From IMG/VR virus record IMGVR_UViG_2778261182_000005: a stretch of 7,543 nt of DNA. One strand, given 5' to 3'. This document shows, piece by piece, positions 1 through 5,741 of the stretch. The DNA is from a virus (lineage: Duplodnaviria > Heunggongvirae > Uroviricota > Caudoviricetes). The translations under genes were made by a program, and so were the position numbers. The notes beneath the pieces are model-generated. The model did not search any database and was not told where the DNA came from. It worked only from the letters and a program-made list of their open reading frames with translations. Positions within the stretch are counted from its first letter, which is position 1. Every line of letters begins with the position of its first letter.

Positions 1-61
<61 letters not shown>

Positions 62-64
62 ATA

Positions 65-139
65 TGGTGCCGACTACCGGAATCGAACCTCGCACTCTCA
101 ACTTAAAGGGTTGACGCTCTTTCCTGATGAGCTAGTGGC
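65..139 (-). tRNA. tRNA-like element, probably a degenerate or pseudo-tRNA (tRNA-Thr-like 3' end, anticodon loop CCUUUAA)
   Basis: Reverse complement is GCCACTAGCTCATCAGGAAAGAGCGTCAACCCTTTAAGTTGAGAGTGCGAGGTTCGATTCCGGTAGTCGGCACCA, 75 nt, flanked by 3-nt spacers to its neighbours. It has a D-arm-like GCTC...GAGC and an anticodon stem TCAAC/GTTGA, but position 33 is C, the T-stem does not pair, and the acceptor stem has a mismatch or bulge. The 3' 24 nt match the 3' end of an E. coli thrW-type tRNA-Thr as I recall it. Confidence 0.45.
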
Positions 140-142
140 GGT

Positions 143-218
143 TGGTGGCCCTTGCTGGATTTGAACCAGCGACCTGGCGATTATGAGTCGCTCGCTCTCA
201 CCACTGAGCTAAAGGGCC
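143..218 (-). tRNA. tRNA with CAU anticodon, tRNA-Ile2 (lysidine type, ileX/ileZ-like) rather than elongator Met
   Basis: Reverse complement is GGCCCTTTAGCTCAGTGGTGAGAGCGAGCGACTCATAATCGCCAGGTCGCTGGTTCAAATCCAGCAAGGGCCACCA, 76 nt with a canonical cloverleaf and encoded CCA. Anticodon loop is ACTCATAAT. Near-identical in layout to E. coli ileX from memory. Confidence 0.85.
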
Positions 219-340
219 ATATGCGGAATAATACTTATGCCAGTTTAGCTCTGCAATACCCTACCCTGATTAAATCCTGCATATTGGCCTACACATGATA
301 AAAGAATCTGAGCGGTCAACAGAAAGTTACTCAGGCAATA

Positions 341-1060
341 TTAACGAACTCTGACTACATTAATTTCAAAGTCATCAATCTGCCCGCTATTAAGTATAAC
401 GAATGCAGAACTCCCATTACTGTACGATTTCGATAAAACCAGACGATCATCATAGCGTGCAAGAACGTAATACCAAGTATTCTCATAGTGGATCGTCTGA
501 TATTCCCTCTTAAACTGGGGTTTATACCAACCGGCAATAAGAGAGAATGTCCAGAAATAAATCATGAATCCAGCCATAATAAACTCAATTCGGTGATGGC
601 GAATAAAAGACACTTCCGAAAAACATTTGACTGAAATAAGTCTTCTTCCTGACCTGACAAAAAGCGTAATTGTAAAGGCAGCAATAACACAAAAAAACAG
701 CACATCTGGCTCAACGTGCTGATGAATTACCGAAAACTCCAGAACAGGCGGAATAAAAAGCAGCAATATTGCCAGAAAAAGTCTGATAAAACTCAAATTC
801 TGTATATTGTTTTTTTGTTTTATGCCTAAAAAGAAAACAATACCTACTCCCCATCCAGTAAGGAATATAACGATAACGCTCACAGCATAAAACAAACTTC
901 GGGCCACATCATCAACGCCAGCCCCGACGATCCACCATGGAAAGCCATAGTAAAAGGAAGTCCCCCATCCATAGAAATAAGCGCTTCCCCATCCAAGACA
1001 GCCCATATAAGCAATAAAAAGTGAAGAGTTCCTCAGCAGAGTGCTGTCATCCATACCCAT
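341..1060 (-). CDS. Multi-pass integral membrane protein of unknown function (about 5 predicted TM helices plus a roughly 60-aa C-terminal soluble tail); late-operon moron
   Basis: ORF of 239 aa with ATG at 1060 (alternative ATG at 1054 with GAGAG upstream) and TAA at 343-341. Hydrophobic stretches include LFIAYMGCLGWGSAYFYGWG, SLFYAVSVIVIFLTGWGVGIVFFLGI, LFLAILLLFIPPVLEF, VLFFCVIAAFTITLFV and IEFIMAGFMIYFWTFSLIAGW. A sampled stretch (601-660) is about 35 percent GC versus about 52 percent in the nin genes. No family recognised. Confidence 0.6.
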   Translation of the reverse strand: MGMDDSTLLRNSSLFIAYMGCLGWGSAYFYGWGTSFYYGFPWWIVGAGVDDVARSLFYAVSVIVIFLTGWGVGIVFFLGIKQKNNIQNLSFIRLFLAILLLFIPPVLEFSVIHQHVEPDVLFFCVIAAFTITLFVRSGRRLISVKCFSEVSFIRHHRIEFIMAGFMIYFWTFSLIAGWYKPQFKREYQTIHYENTWYYVLARYDDRLVLSKSYSNGSSAFVILNSGQIDDFEINVVRVR

Positions 1061-1190
1061 CTCTCTAACAATTTTAAAACATCAACTCACCTTACATAAC
1101 AAAGGAGATTCCATGCAGTCAAGAGACTTCAGAGCAGGAGAAACTCATTGCGCAATCGCCATCACGTTTAACGTTATGCACCGCTTTCCA

Positions 1191-1221
1191 GATATAAAAA
1201 ACCCGCTCGATGGCGGGCTGT
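1191..1221 (-). terminator. Rho-independent terminator, tR'-like (end of a short 6S-like late leader RNA)
   Basis: On the minus strand a GC hairpin (CCCGC...GCGGG, plus-strand 1202-1217) is followed by T6 then ATATC (plus-strand A-run 1196-1201). The GGGTTTTTTATATCTG motif resembles the lambda tR' 3' end recalled from memory. Confidence 0.6.
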
Positions 1222-1261
1222 AAAAATCCTTCTAACGTCAGGCATAAAACGCCCATCATTA

Positions 1262-1299
1262 GAGCAAATTTACCACAGATTCGGGAAAAATCAACAACA
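1262..1299 (-). promoter_or_regulatory. Late promoter pR'-like with qut-like initial transcribed region (Q loading site)
   Basis: Minus strand reads TTGATT - 16 nt - TGG TAAATT TGCTCTAATGATGGGCG. The -10 TAAATT (plus 1267-1272) is preceded by TG, and the -35-like TTGATT is at plus 1289-1294. The segment GGTAAATTTG...TAATGATGGG parallels lambda pR' GGTAAATTTGACTCAACGATGGG as recalled. It sits directly downstream of the Q stop codon. Confidence 0.55.
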
Positions 1300-2121
1300 C
1301 TATCGCGTTACCCTCTTTAACTGCCGCTCCGCCCATGCCTCTTCAATGTCAAACCGAACCACCAACGTATCGTAAAAGCGTTTCACTGATTTTTTCCACG
1401 TATCAAGCGTGATAGCACTCGTCACTTTGCGTATGGCATTAAATGCCTCCGTTGACGGTAATCTTTCATAGCCACGACCGCCACAACGCTGGCAGTCCCT
1501 GATAACAGGCGTCCCCCGTTTTTCTGACTCTTCACGATGAATGGCTACACCACGCCCACGGCAGTCTTTACAGGCAGTGGAAATCTCTCCCTTCCCTTTA
1601 CATTCAGGACAGGAAACTTTCACCACCTCCCTAACTTTTTTCCATTCTTCCCAGTAAGACGGATACACACCTTTTGTGCACTTTGCCCATACTGGCGGCT
1701 TGCCATCCGGATACTGAACCTTGTTTGTAAAAACTTCGCTTTCAATAAATTTTTCCCCATGGCAACAAGGGCACTGTTTTTTACTCGCTGCGCTGCGGGC
1801 ATAATCCTCAAAAGCGTACGAAGCCATAATGCGCATCACTGCCGGCTTTATTTCTGCCGGAAGCTTTCTTAACGCCGCCACGCGATCGCACTGACTTAAT
1901 GCATAATCTGCCAGTAATTCTGTTGCCCGCACCCTGTCATTCATACTAATGCCCATTTTCCCCAGGAACGCAGAAAACCCCATCTCAGCCCGGTTTTGTG
2001 TCATACCCTGCGCAGCCATCACATCAGTGATGCTCAGCGCATCTTTTGACGTCGAGGCGGATGCATCAGTCAGGCCTGGCGATTTTGGGGAATAGTATTT
2101 CGGTAAATCTTCCAGTTTCAT
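1300..2121 (-). CDS. Late-gene antitermination protein Q (long, phage 82/YdfT-like type with DnaJ-like CxxCxGxG zinc-finger repeats)
   Basis: ORF of 273 aa. Repeated CxxC motifs (CPCCHGEK, CPECKGKGE, CKDCRGRG, CQRCGGRGY). Position is immediately upstream of a lambda-like pR'/tR' and downstream of rusA. The ATG at 2121-2119 overlaps the rusA TGA (ATGA coupling). Confidence 0.75.
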   Translation of the reverse strand: MKLEDLPKYYSPKSPGLTDASASTSKDALSITDVMAAQGMTQNRAEMGFSAFLGKMGISMNDRVRATELLADYALSQCDRVAALRKLPAEIKPAVMRIMASYAFEDYARSAASKKQCPCCHGEKFIESEVFTNKVQYPDGKPPVWAKCTKGVYPSYWEEWKKVREVVKVSCPECKGKGEISTACKDCRGRGVAIHREESEKRGTPVIRDCQRCGGRGYERLPSTEAFNAIRKVTSAITLDTWKKSVKRFYDTLVVRFDIEEAWAERQLKRVTR

Positions 2122-2492
2122 TTTTGGACCTGCCCGTCATGCATTATTTCGTAAATTTTCACACCCAACCGCCCACCGGGAACGACCTGACCGCGCACAA
2201 TATTGATTTCATCAAACTGCTCGTCGTCGATAAGCAGTCCCGCATGCGTCAGCGCATCCAGCGGTGCTTTCAGGATATTGTCCAGGTCGCGGCGGCGCTT
2301 ATCCGGTGGCTCTGCAATAATCTTTATCGCCAGCCTTCCGGACAGGTTTAATTTCAGTCGCTGCTGGCGAACAATTAGCGCCACATCACGGCGATAACGC
2401 TCACCGACTTTTGATACAAAATATGTGCTGCCACGACGTCGCCAGTAAGTATTCACCGTCGGCGGATAAGGCAAAACAAACTCTATACGCAT
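2118..2492 (-). CDS. rusA: Holliday junction resolvase RusA (crossover junction endodeoxyribonuclease)
   Basis: ORF of 124 aa. The motif PDKRRRDLDNILKAPLDALTHAGLLIDDEQ matches the RusA catalytic core (E. coli RusA has [22 protein letters not shown]). SD AAGAGG lies 7 nt upstream of the ATG at 2492. Confidence 0.9.
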   Translation of the reverse strand: MRIEFVLPYPPTVNTYWRRRGSTYFVSKVGERYRRDVALIVRQQRLKLNLSGRLAIKIIAEPPDKRRRDLDNILKAPLDALTHAGLLIDDEQFDEINIVRGQVVPGGRLGVKIYEIMHDGQVQK

Positions 2493-2504
2493 CAGTAACC
2501 TCTT

Positions 2505-3554
2505 TTACCCGAGCACGCCGGTTGCAAAGGCGTGATCAAGAAAACGAAAAATTAAATCAATCTGGGAACCATGCTTTTCTTCGAACGCCAGCGGGTCCGC
2601 ATGAAGCTCGTTGTGATGCTCCCGACACAGCGGTAGCGTGAAAATATCGTGAGATTTTGTCCCCATCCCGCCCTGACCATGACCAATCAGGTGATGGGGC
2701 TCGTCTGCTGGCTTACCACAACACGCACACGGCTGTGTCTTTACCCAGCGCGTGTATTTCTCATTTATCCAACGGCGACGTTTAGGTCGCCTCATGAAAG
2801 ATTCCGGAGACTCCGGATCAACGGCAATGCTGACCACCGTCTTTTCCTGTGGTGTGTTCTGTTGCTGGTGGATGTGAGGCGGTAACGCAATATTTTTTGT
2901 GCGCTGCTTCAGTATGCTGGTGGCTGTCTGTTCTCCCGGTATGATGTCGCATTCGCGGTATACTGAGTGGATTTTTTCACCTGGAAGCTTCAGGATTCGA
3001 CGCGCCATATTTTCGGTCATGGCATCCACTACATCATTTACAGCAGCCCAGCAGTACAATTCAGCCAGCGATAATTCCCGCTCCTGTGTGCCATTCATTG
3101 CGTGACGGATGACGTCAATCATCCATGCTGACAGGTTTTGGTGAGCAAGTTGCTCAAGTGATTCGGATGTCTGGTCACGCATCTGGTTGTCGCAGTGCCA
3201 GCACAACACCATCGCGCCGGTACCGTAACGATGTATGACGGTTTCACTGTGATGGTAGTCGCCATGAGGCCACTGGCAGGATTTGACATGACGCAACAGC
3301 CAGTCAGACAGTGCACCAGCGCCGCCAGCAGCACGAATCACCCGTTCGTTGCTGAAAAATGGCAGTAATGATTTATCTTCCGCCAGCGGCTGGCGAACGG
3401 CAGGAACGACTCCGGATGGCAGACCGCGCATGCTTTTCGGTTCAGACTCTACCAGTACACGGGCATGACGTAATATCGGCATGGTTTCATGGTCCAGCTT
3501 AATAACAGCCAGCCCGAGTTCCGGCACCAGAACAGGTCGAAGTAATGCCCTCAC
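2505..3554 (-). CDS. DUF968-family phage protein (YdfU-like; C-terminal Cys/His-rich HNH-like putative nuclease domain)
   Basis: C-terminal region has PCACCGKPADEPHHLIGHGQGGMGTKSHDIFTLPLCREHHNELH. Preferred start is GTG at 3554-3552, 1 nt after the upstream gene's TAA and preceded by GGAGG, giving 349 aa. Alternatives are ATG at 3482 and the track's ATG at 3632, which would overlap the upstream gene by 77 nt. Confidence 0.7.
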   Translation of the reverse strand: MRALLRPVLVPELGLAVIKLDHETMPILRHARVLVESEPKSMRGLPSGVVPAVRQPLAEDKSLLPFFSNERVIRAAGGAGALSDWLLRHVKSCQWPHGDYHHSETVIHRYGTGAMVLCWHCDNQMRDQTSESLEQLAHQNLSAWMIDVIRHAMNGTQERELSLAELYCWAAVNDVVDAMTENMARRILKLPGEKIHSVYRECDIIPGEQTATSILKQRTKNIALPPHIHQQQNTPQEKTVVSIAVDPESPESFMRRPKRRRWINEKYTRWVKTQPCACCGKPADEPHHLIGHGQGGMGTKSHDIFTLPLCREHHNELHADPLAFEEKHGSQIDLIFRFLDHAFATGVLG

Positions 3555-3555
3555 G

Positions 3556-3828
3556 TTACCTCCAGATACGCTGGCGATAACAATAAGGTGTGCGCGGCTG
3601 ACGGTTTGATACTGGCAGTGCCACCGAAACAAACCACGTTTTGCCGTCGATATTGAGTTGCCTTGTCACCACGTAACCGCGACGAGCGTACAACAACTCA
3701 AGCTCCTCAAGCTCATGCGTCGTGCAGTTCGGATAGTAAAAGGGCTGTTTTTCAGATACGCAAAAACGCCGCCCACGCCTGCTGGCAAGGCCGGCATCAG
3801 AATTGTGAAATTTGGTATTGCGCGCCAT
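3556..3828 (-). CDS. Hypothetical small phage protein (90 aa), nin-region
   Basis: ATG at 3828 preceded by AGGAG at 6-nt spacing; TAA at 3558-3556. Translationally coupled to the downstream DUF968 gene. No family recognised. Confidence 0.6.
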   Translation of the reverse strand: MARNTKFHNSDAGLASRRGRRFCVSEKQPFYYPNCTTHELEELELLYARRGYVVTRQLNIDGKTWFVSVALPVSNRQPRTPYCYRQRIWR

Positions 3829-3906
3829 CTTGACTCCTGTGGCGCAGCAGGTGCCAGTTGTTCAGGCTGGCGTGCGGATTGTAAACCAGAACACAGGGAT
3901 AACACA

Positions 3907-3926
3907 AAGCCCGCATCGGCGGGCTT
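3907..3926. terminator. Stable hairpin (8-bp stem AAGCCCGC/GCGGGCTT, 4-nt loop), candidate weak bidirectional terminator between the TA cassette and the nin genes
   Basis: Perfect inverted repeat at 3907-3914 and 3919-3926. On the minus-strand RNA it is followed by UGUGUUAUCC and on the plus strand by GAUUAUUAAG; both are only moderately U-rich. Confidence 0.4.
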
Positions 3927-3931
3927 GATTA

Positions 3932-4351
3932 TTAAGCTGAGCCCGGCGAATACCAGGGGAAATAAATATCGCTTAACGACGTGTGTTTGAGAACAGAGTC
4001 CACCGCCAATTTTAACGTCAACGACATGAAATTCTCAAAATACCATGAATTTTTCACAAAGAATTTTTCATCGATCAACTCTCCATTCATGATATCAAAG
4101 TCCGTAATCAGCTCCATCTTTAGCTCAAAAGAGGGTTCTTCATCCTCGGCAAGCCCCCCATCTCTATCGGGATACCCTTTTATCGATGGCGAAAACCCAA
4201 TCCGGAACCAACAGGTACCATCATCATCACGCCCCGAAGAAAATTTAACTTCCTCGATCGAGACCTTAAAAAAACCTCCATCATCACTAGTGTTATCCTT
4301 GAAACTACTGGAAACAATATCGAAACCAGCATACTTAATATTTTGTAACAT
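3932..4351 (-). CDS. Acidic hypothetical protein (139 aa from the coupled ATG; 144 aa from ATG 4366), third gene of the hicAB cassette
   Basis: ATG at 4351-4349 overlaps the hicB TGA (4353-4351) as TGATG. Strongly acidic (many D/E, few K/R) with one Cys. A sampled stretch (4021-4080) is about 28 percent GC. No family recognised. Confidence 0.6.
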   Translation of the reverse strand: MLQNIKYAGFDIVSSSFKDNTSDDGGFFKVSIEEVKFSSGRDDDGTCWFRIGFSPSIKGYPDRDGGLAEDEEPSFELKMELITDFDIMNGELIDEKFFVKNSWYFENFMSLTLKLAVDSVLKHTSLSDIYFPWYSPGSA

Positions 4352-4827
4352 CAGTGACGCATCCATCGCTCACCAGCCTCTTTCTTTTTTGTTCTTGCTG
4401 AAGGGGAAATGACGTAACCAAAAGAGAATGCTTTTTCCCAAACGAGCGTATCTGCCGTTTCTTCGCTTTCCGAATGAGAATAAACTTCTTTTTTGTCTGC
4501 AATCTTTTCTTCGATAGCTTTACGCACATAATCATTAAGCGTCGTCTTATCCGCCATTGCAGCCAAAAACGCTTTCTTATGAAGATCGCGACCAATTCTG
4601 ATGTTAAAAGTACCACTCATTGGTTTATCAGGAGATTTCCCTAACTGTTTGCATGTGTCGAGATAATCTGTAACAGCTTCTTCAAAAGCCGCCCTTAACC
4701 CACCCAGTGTTTCCGCTTCGTAGGTTACGACATCGTTTACGCACTGAATTTTCCCATGAAGTATGTTATCTTCAAGTGAAACCTCAATGCTGCCAAAATA
4801 ACCTTTATAACTCAGCACATTACTCAT
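4351..4827 (-). CDS. hicB: HicB-family antitoxin (UPF0150/RNase H-like N-domain plus RHH DNA-binding domain) with a roughly 45-aa C-terminal extension
   Basis: The N-terminus MSNVLSYKGYFGSIEVSLEDNILHGKI...TYEAETLGGLRAAFEEAVTDYLDTCKQLGKSPDKPMSGTFNIRIGRDLHKKAFLAAMADKTTLNDYVRKAIEE matches the HicB-like antitoxin pattern. Start taken as ATG 4827 (MSNV..., 158 aa); the track's ATG at 4842 adds 5 residues. Overlaps the hicA stop. Confidence 0.8.
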   Translation of the reverse strand: MSNVLSYKGYFGSIEVSLEDNILHGKIQCVNDVVTYEAETLGGLRAAFEEAVTDYLDTCKQLGKSPDKPMSGTFNIRIGRDLHKKAFLAAMADKTTLNDYVRKAIEEKIADKKEVYSHSESEETADTLVWEKAFSFGYVISPSARTKKKEAGERWMRH

Positions 4828-5068
4828 AACTATCAATCTCATCCAAAAGATTTTTCACTTCTTTAAGCACATATCCTTTAACAATATTGCCAGGATGTGG
4901 GCAATGAAAAGCCACAAGCCTTCCATTAGCATTGGTAAATTTCCTTCTTGAGCCTGAACCGGTAAGCATTTCGAAACCATAATGCCCAAGCAACGTCACG
5001 AGTTCATCCCATGTAAAATCCTTTGGAAGCTGATTCAGACGCCACCTCAACTTCTCTTTTTTGCTCAT
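4820..5068 (-). CDS. hicA: HicA-family toxin (YcfA-like mRNA interferase), 82 aa
   Basis: FTWDELVTLLGHYGFEMLTGSGSRRKFTNANGRLVAFHCPHPGNIVKGYVLKEVKNLL fits the HicA pattern (ELxxLL...G...GS..F....R...H.PH.G). Located upstream of hicB in the toxin-first order typical of hicAB. ATG at 5068 with a G-rich SD (GGGGGAAGGG) upstream. Confidence 0.85.
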   Translation of the reverse strand: MSKKEKLRWRLNQLPKDFTWDELVTLLGHYGFEMLTGSGSRRKFTNANGRLVAFHCPHPGNIVKGYVLKEVKNLLDEIDSYE

Positions 5069-5096
5069 TTAAAGTATATCCCTTCCCCCACCAATG

Positions 5097-5115
5097 GCAA
5101 CTAATAATCAGTTGC
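5097..5115. promoter_or_regulatory. Palindromic candidate operator in the hicA promoter region (GCAACT-aataatc-AGTTGC)
   Basis: Perfect 6-bp inverted arms with a 7-bp spacer, 29 to 47 bp upstream of the hicA ATG. It overlaps a possible -10 (GATTAT on the minus strand, plus 5104-5109) with TTTATC 17 bp further upstream. Confidence 0.35.
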
Positions 5116-5296
5116 AAACTCAGCGCGATAAAGAAGCATAAGAATCCTGCACCTAATTCATAACTACAGAAAACGCGTGCGAGCATGAAAATGCTACAAT
5201 AATGTTAAAACCACTTGCCAGTAAGGTTAAGTGCGGGTGCGTTGAGGATGCCTGACACATCAGAGGTGGCGAGGGATTTCTCCCCCGCCGGGTCTC

Positions 5297-5452
5297 TTAC
5301 TCCTCAGGTTCGTAAGCTGTGAAGACAGCGACCTCCGTCTGGCCGGTTCGGATTCGTACCTCGCAGAGGTCTTTCCTCGTTACCAGTGCCGTCACTATGA
5401 CGGTTAAACAGATGACGATCAGGGCGATTAACATCGCCTTTTGCTGCTTCAT
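5297..5452 (-). CDS. hokD: Hok/Gef-family type I toxin (51 aa membrane peptide), HokD/RelF-like
   Basis: Hand translation gives MKQQKAMLIALIVICLTVIVTALVTRKDLCEVRIRTGQTEVAVFTAYEPEE, matching Hok family and HokD/RelF as recalled. SD AAGGAG lies 8 nt upstream of the ATG. Not in the ORF track because it is under 60 aa. Confidence 0.9.
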   Translation of the reverse strand: MKQQKAMLIALIVICLTVIVTALVTRKDLCEVRIRTGQTEVAVFTAYEPEE

Positions 5453-5508
5453 AGCCTGCTTCTCCTTGACCTTTCGGTCCGTAAGAGGCTAATCTCTATG
5501 TGTCGCAT
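5449..5508 (-). CDS. mok-like leader ORF (19 codons) whose stop overlaps the hok start (ATGA)
   Basis: ATG at 5508-5506 (MRHIEISLLRTERSRRSRL) ends in TGA at 5451-5449, overlapping the hok ATG at 5452-5450. A GAGG SD lies upstream. The leader sequence is homologous to the plasmid R1 hok/mok leader as recalled (ATAGCCTCTTAC, AAGGAGAAG). Confidence 0.5.
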   Translation of the reverse strand: MRHIEISLLRTERSRRSRL

Positions 5509-5570
5509 AGATATGGCCTCAGATTAATGTTAAGCGTCTTGCCGGACGCGTAATGTTAACTGGGGCTTTT
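5500..5570 (+). ncRNA. Predicted Sok-like antisense RNA (approximate limits) complementary to the mok translation initiation region
   Basis: Inferred from hok/sok architecture. A plus-strand TTGACC (5466-5471) with a weak -10 (5489-5495) would start transcription just before the mok start and SD complement. A small hairpin GCGTC-ttgccg-GACGC lies at 5534-5549. The ends are not determined. Confidence 0.3.
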
Positions 5571-5626
5571 CTCTATCTGCCGTTGGTGTTCATGCCCGAG
5601 GCAGATAGCCTCAAGCACCCGCAGCA

Positions 5627-5654
5627 ATTCTACTTAACTCTCCTTTTCCCGCAA
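5627..5654 (-). promoter_or_regulatory. Putative hok mRNA promoter
   Basis: Minus strand reads TTGCGG - 16 nt - TAGAAT (plus 5627-5632), placing +1 near 5617-5620. That makes the mRNA 5' end GCGGGTGCTTGAGGCT, resembling the R1 hok mRNA 5' end (GGCGCTTGAGGCT) as recalled, with a leader of about 168 nt before hok. Confidence 0.35.
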
Positions 5655-5741
5655 ACCGTTTTTATCCCCATCGGCAAATCGAATACACCACCAGCGCCAC
5701 CGCCATCGCAATTCCTACCGTTGTGAATGCTTCAGGCCAGG

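Noticed and set aside
65-139. Calling the middle tRNA-like unit a functional tRNA-Lys (UUU)
   Set aside because: The anticodon loop has C at position 33, the T-stem does not pair and the acceptor stem is imperfect. It is reported as a tRNA-like or pseudo-tRNA element instead.
355-537. Nested minus-strand ORFs in alternative frames (355-537, 1620-1811, 3119-3334, 3666-3905, 4335-4616, 5004-5186)
   Set aside because: They overlap better-supported genes in another frame. The 4335-4616 product is a Lys/Arg-rich low-complexity artefact of AT-rich DNA, and 5004-5186 spans the hicA promoter and start region. No independent start signals.
1113-1223. Short plus-strand ORF (36 aa, MQSRDFRAGETHCAIAITFNVMHRFPDIKNPLDGGL) with a consensus SD (AAGGAG) 5 nt upstream
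   Set aside because: It is antisense to the late-operon leader and runs through the tR' hairpin. It has no recognisable motif and the SD could be coincidental. It cannot be excluded without expression data, so confidence in rejecting it is only moderate.
1537-1872. Plus-strand ORFs of 60-143 aa in the track (1537-1872, 2046-2351, 2203-2397, 2411-2641, 2649-2885, 2899-3105, 3658-3990, 3981-4412, 6179-6451, 6294-6524, 6436-6771)
   Set aside because: Each lies antisense to, and fully within, a minus-strand gene that has a recognisable family or good start signals. Their compositions look like antisense shadows, for example the Ser-rich 3981-4412 opposite the acidic ORF. No SD or family motif was seen.
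3483-3632. N-terminal 50 residues of the 375-aa longest ORF for the DUF968 gene
   Set aside because: This stretch overlaps the upstream 90-aa gene by 77 nt and has no SD, whereas a coupled GTG start with GGAGG exists at 3554.
5449-5508. A full-length (about 70-codon) mok frame overlapping hok, as in plasmid R1
   Set aside because: Hand translation shows the mok-like frame stops at a TGA overlapping the hok ATG after 19 codons. Only the short leader ORF is supported.
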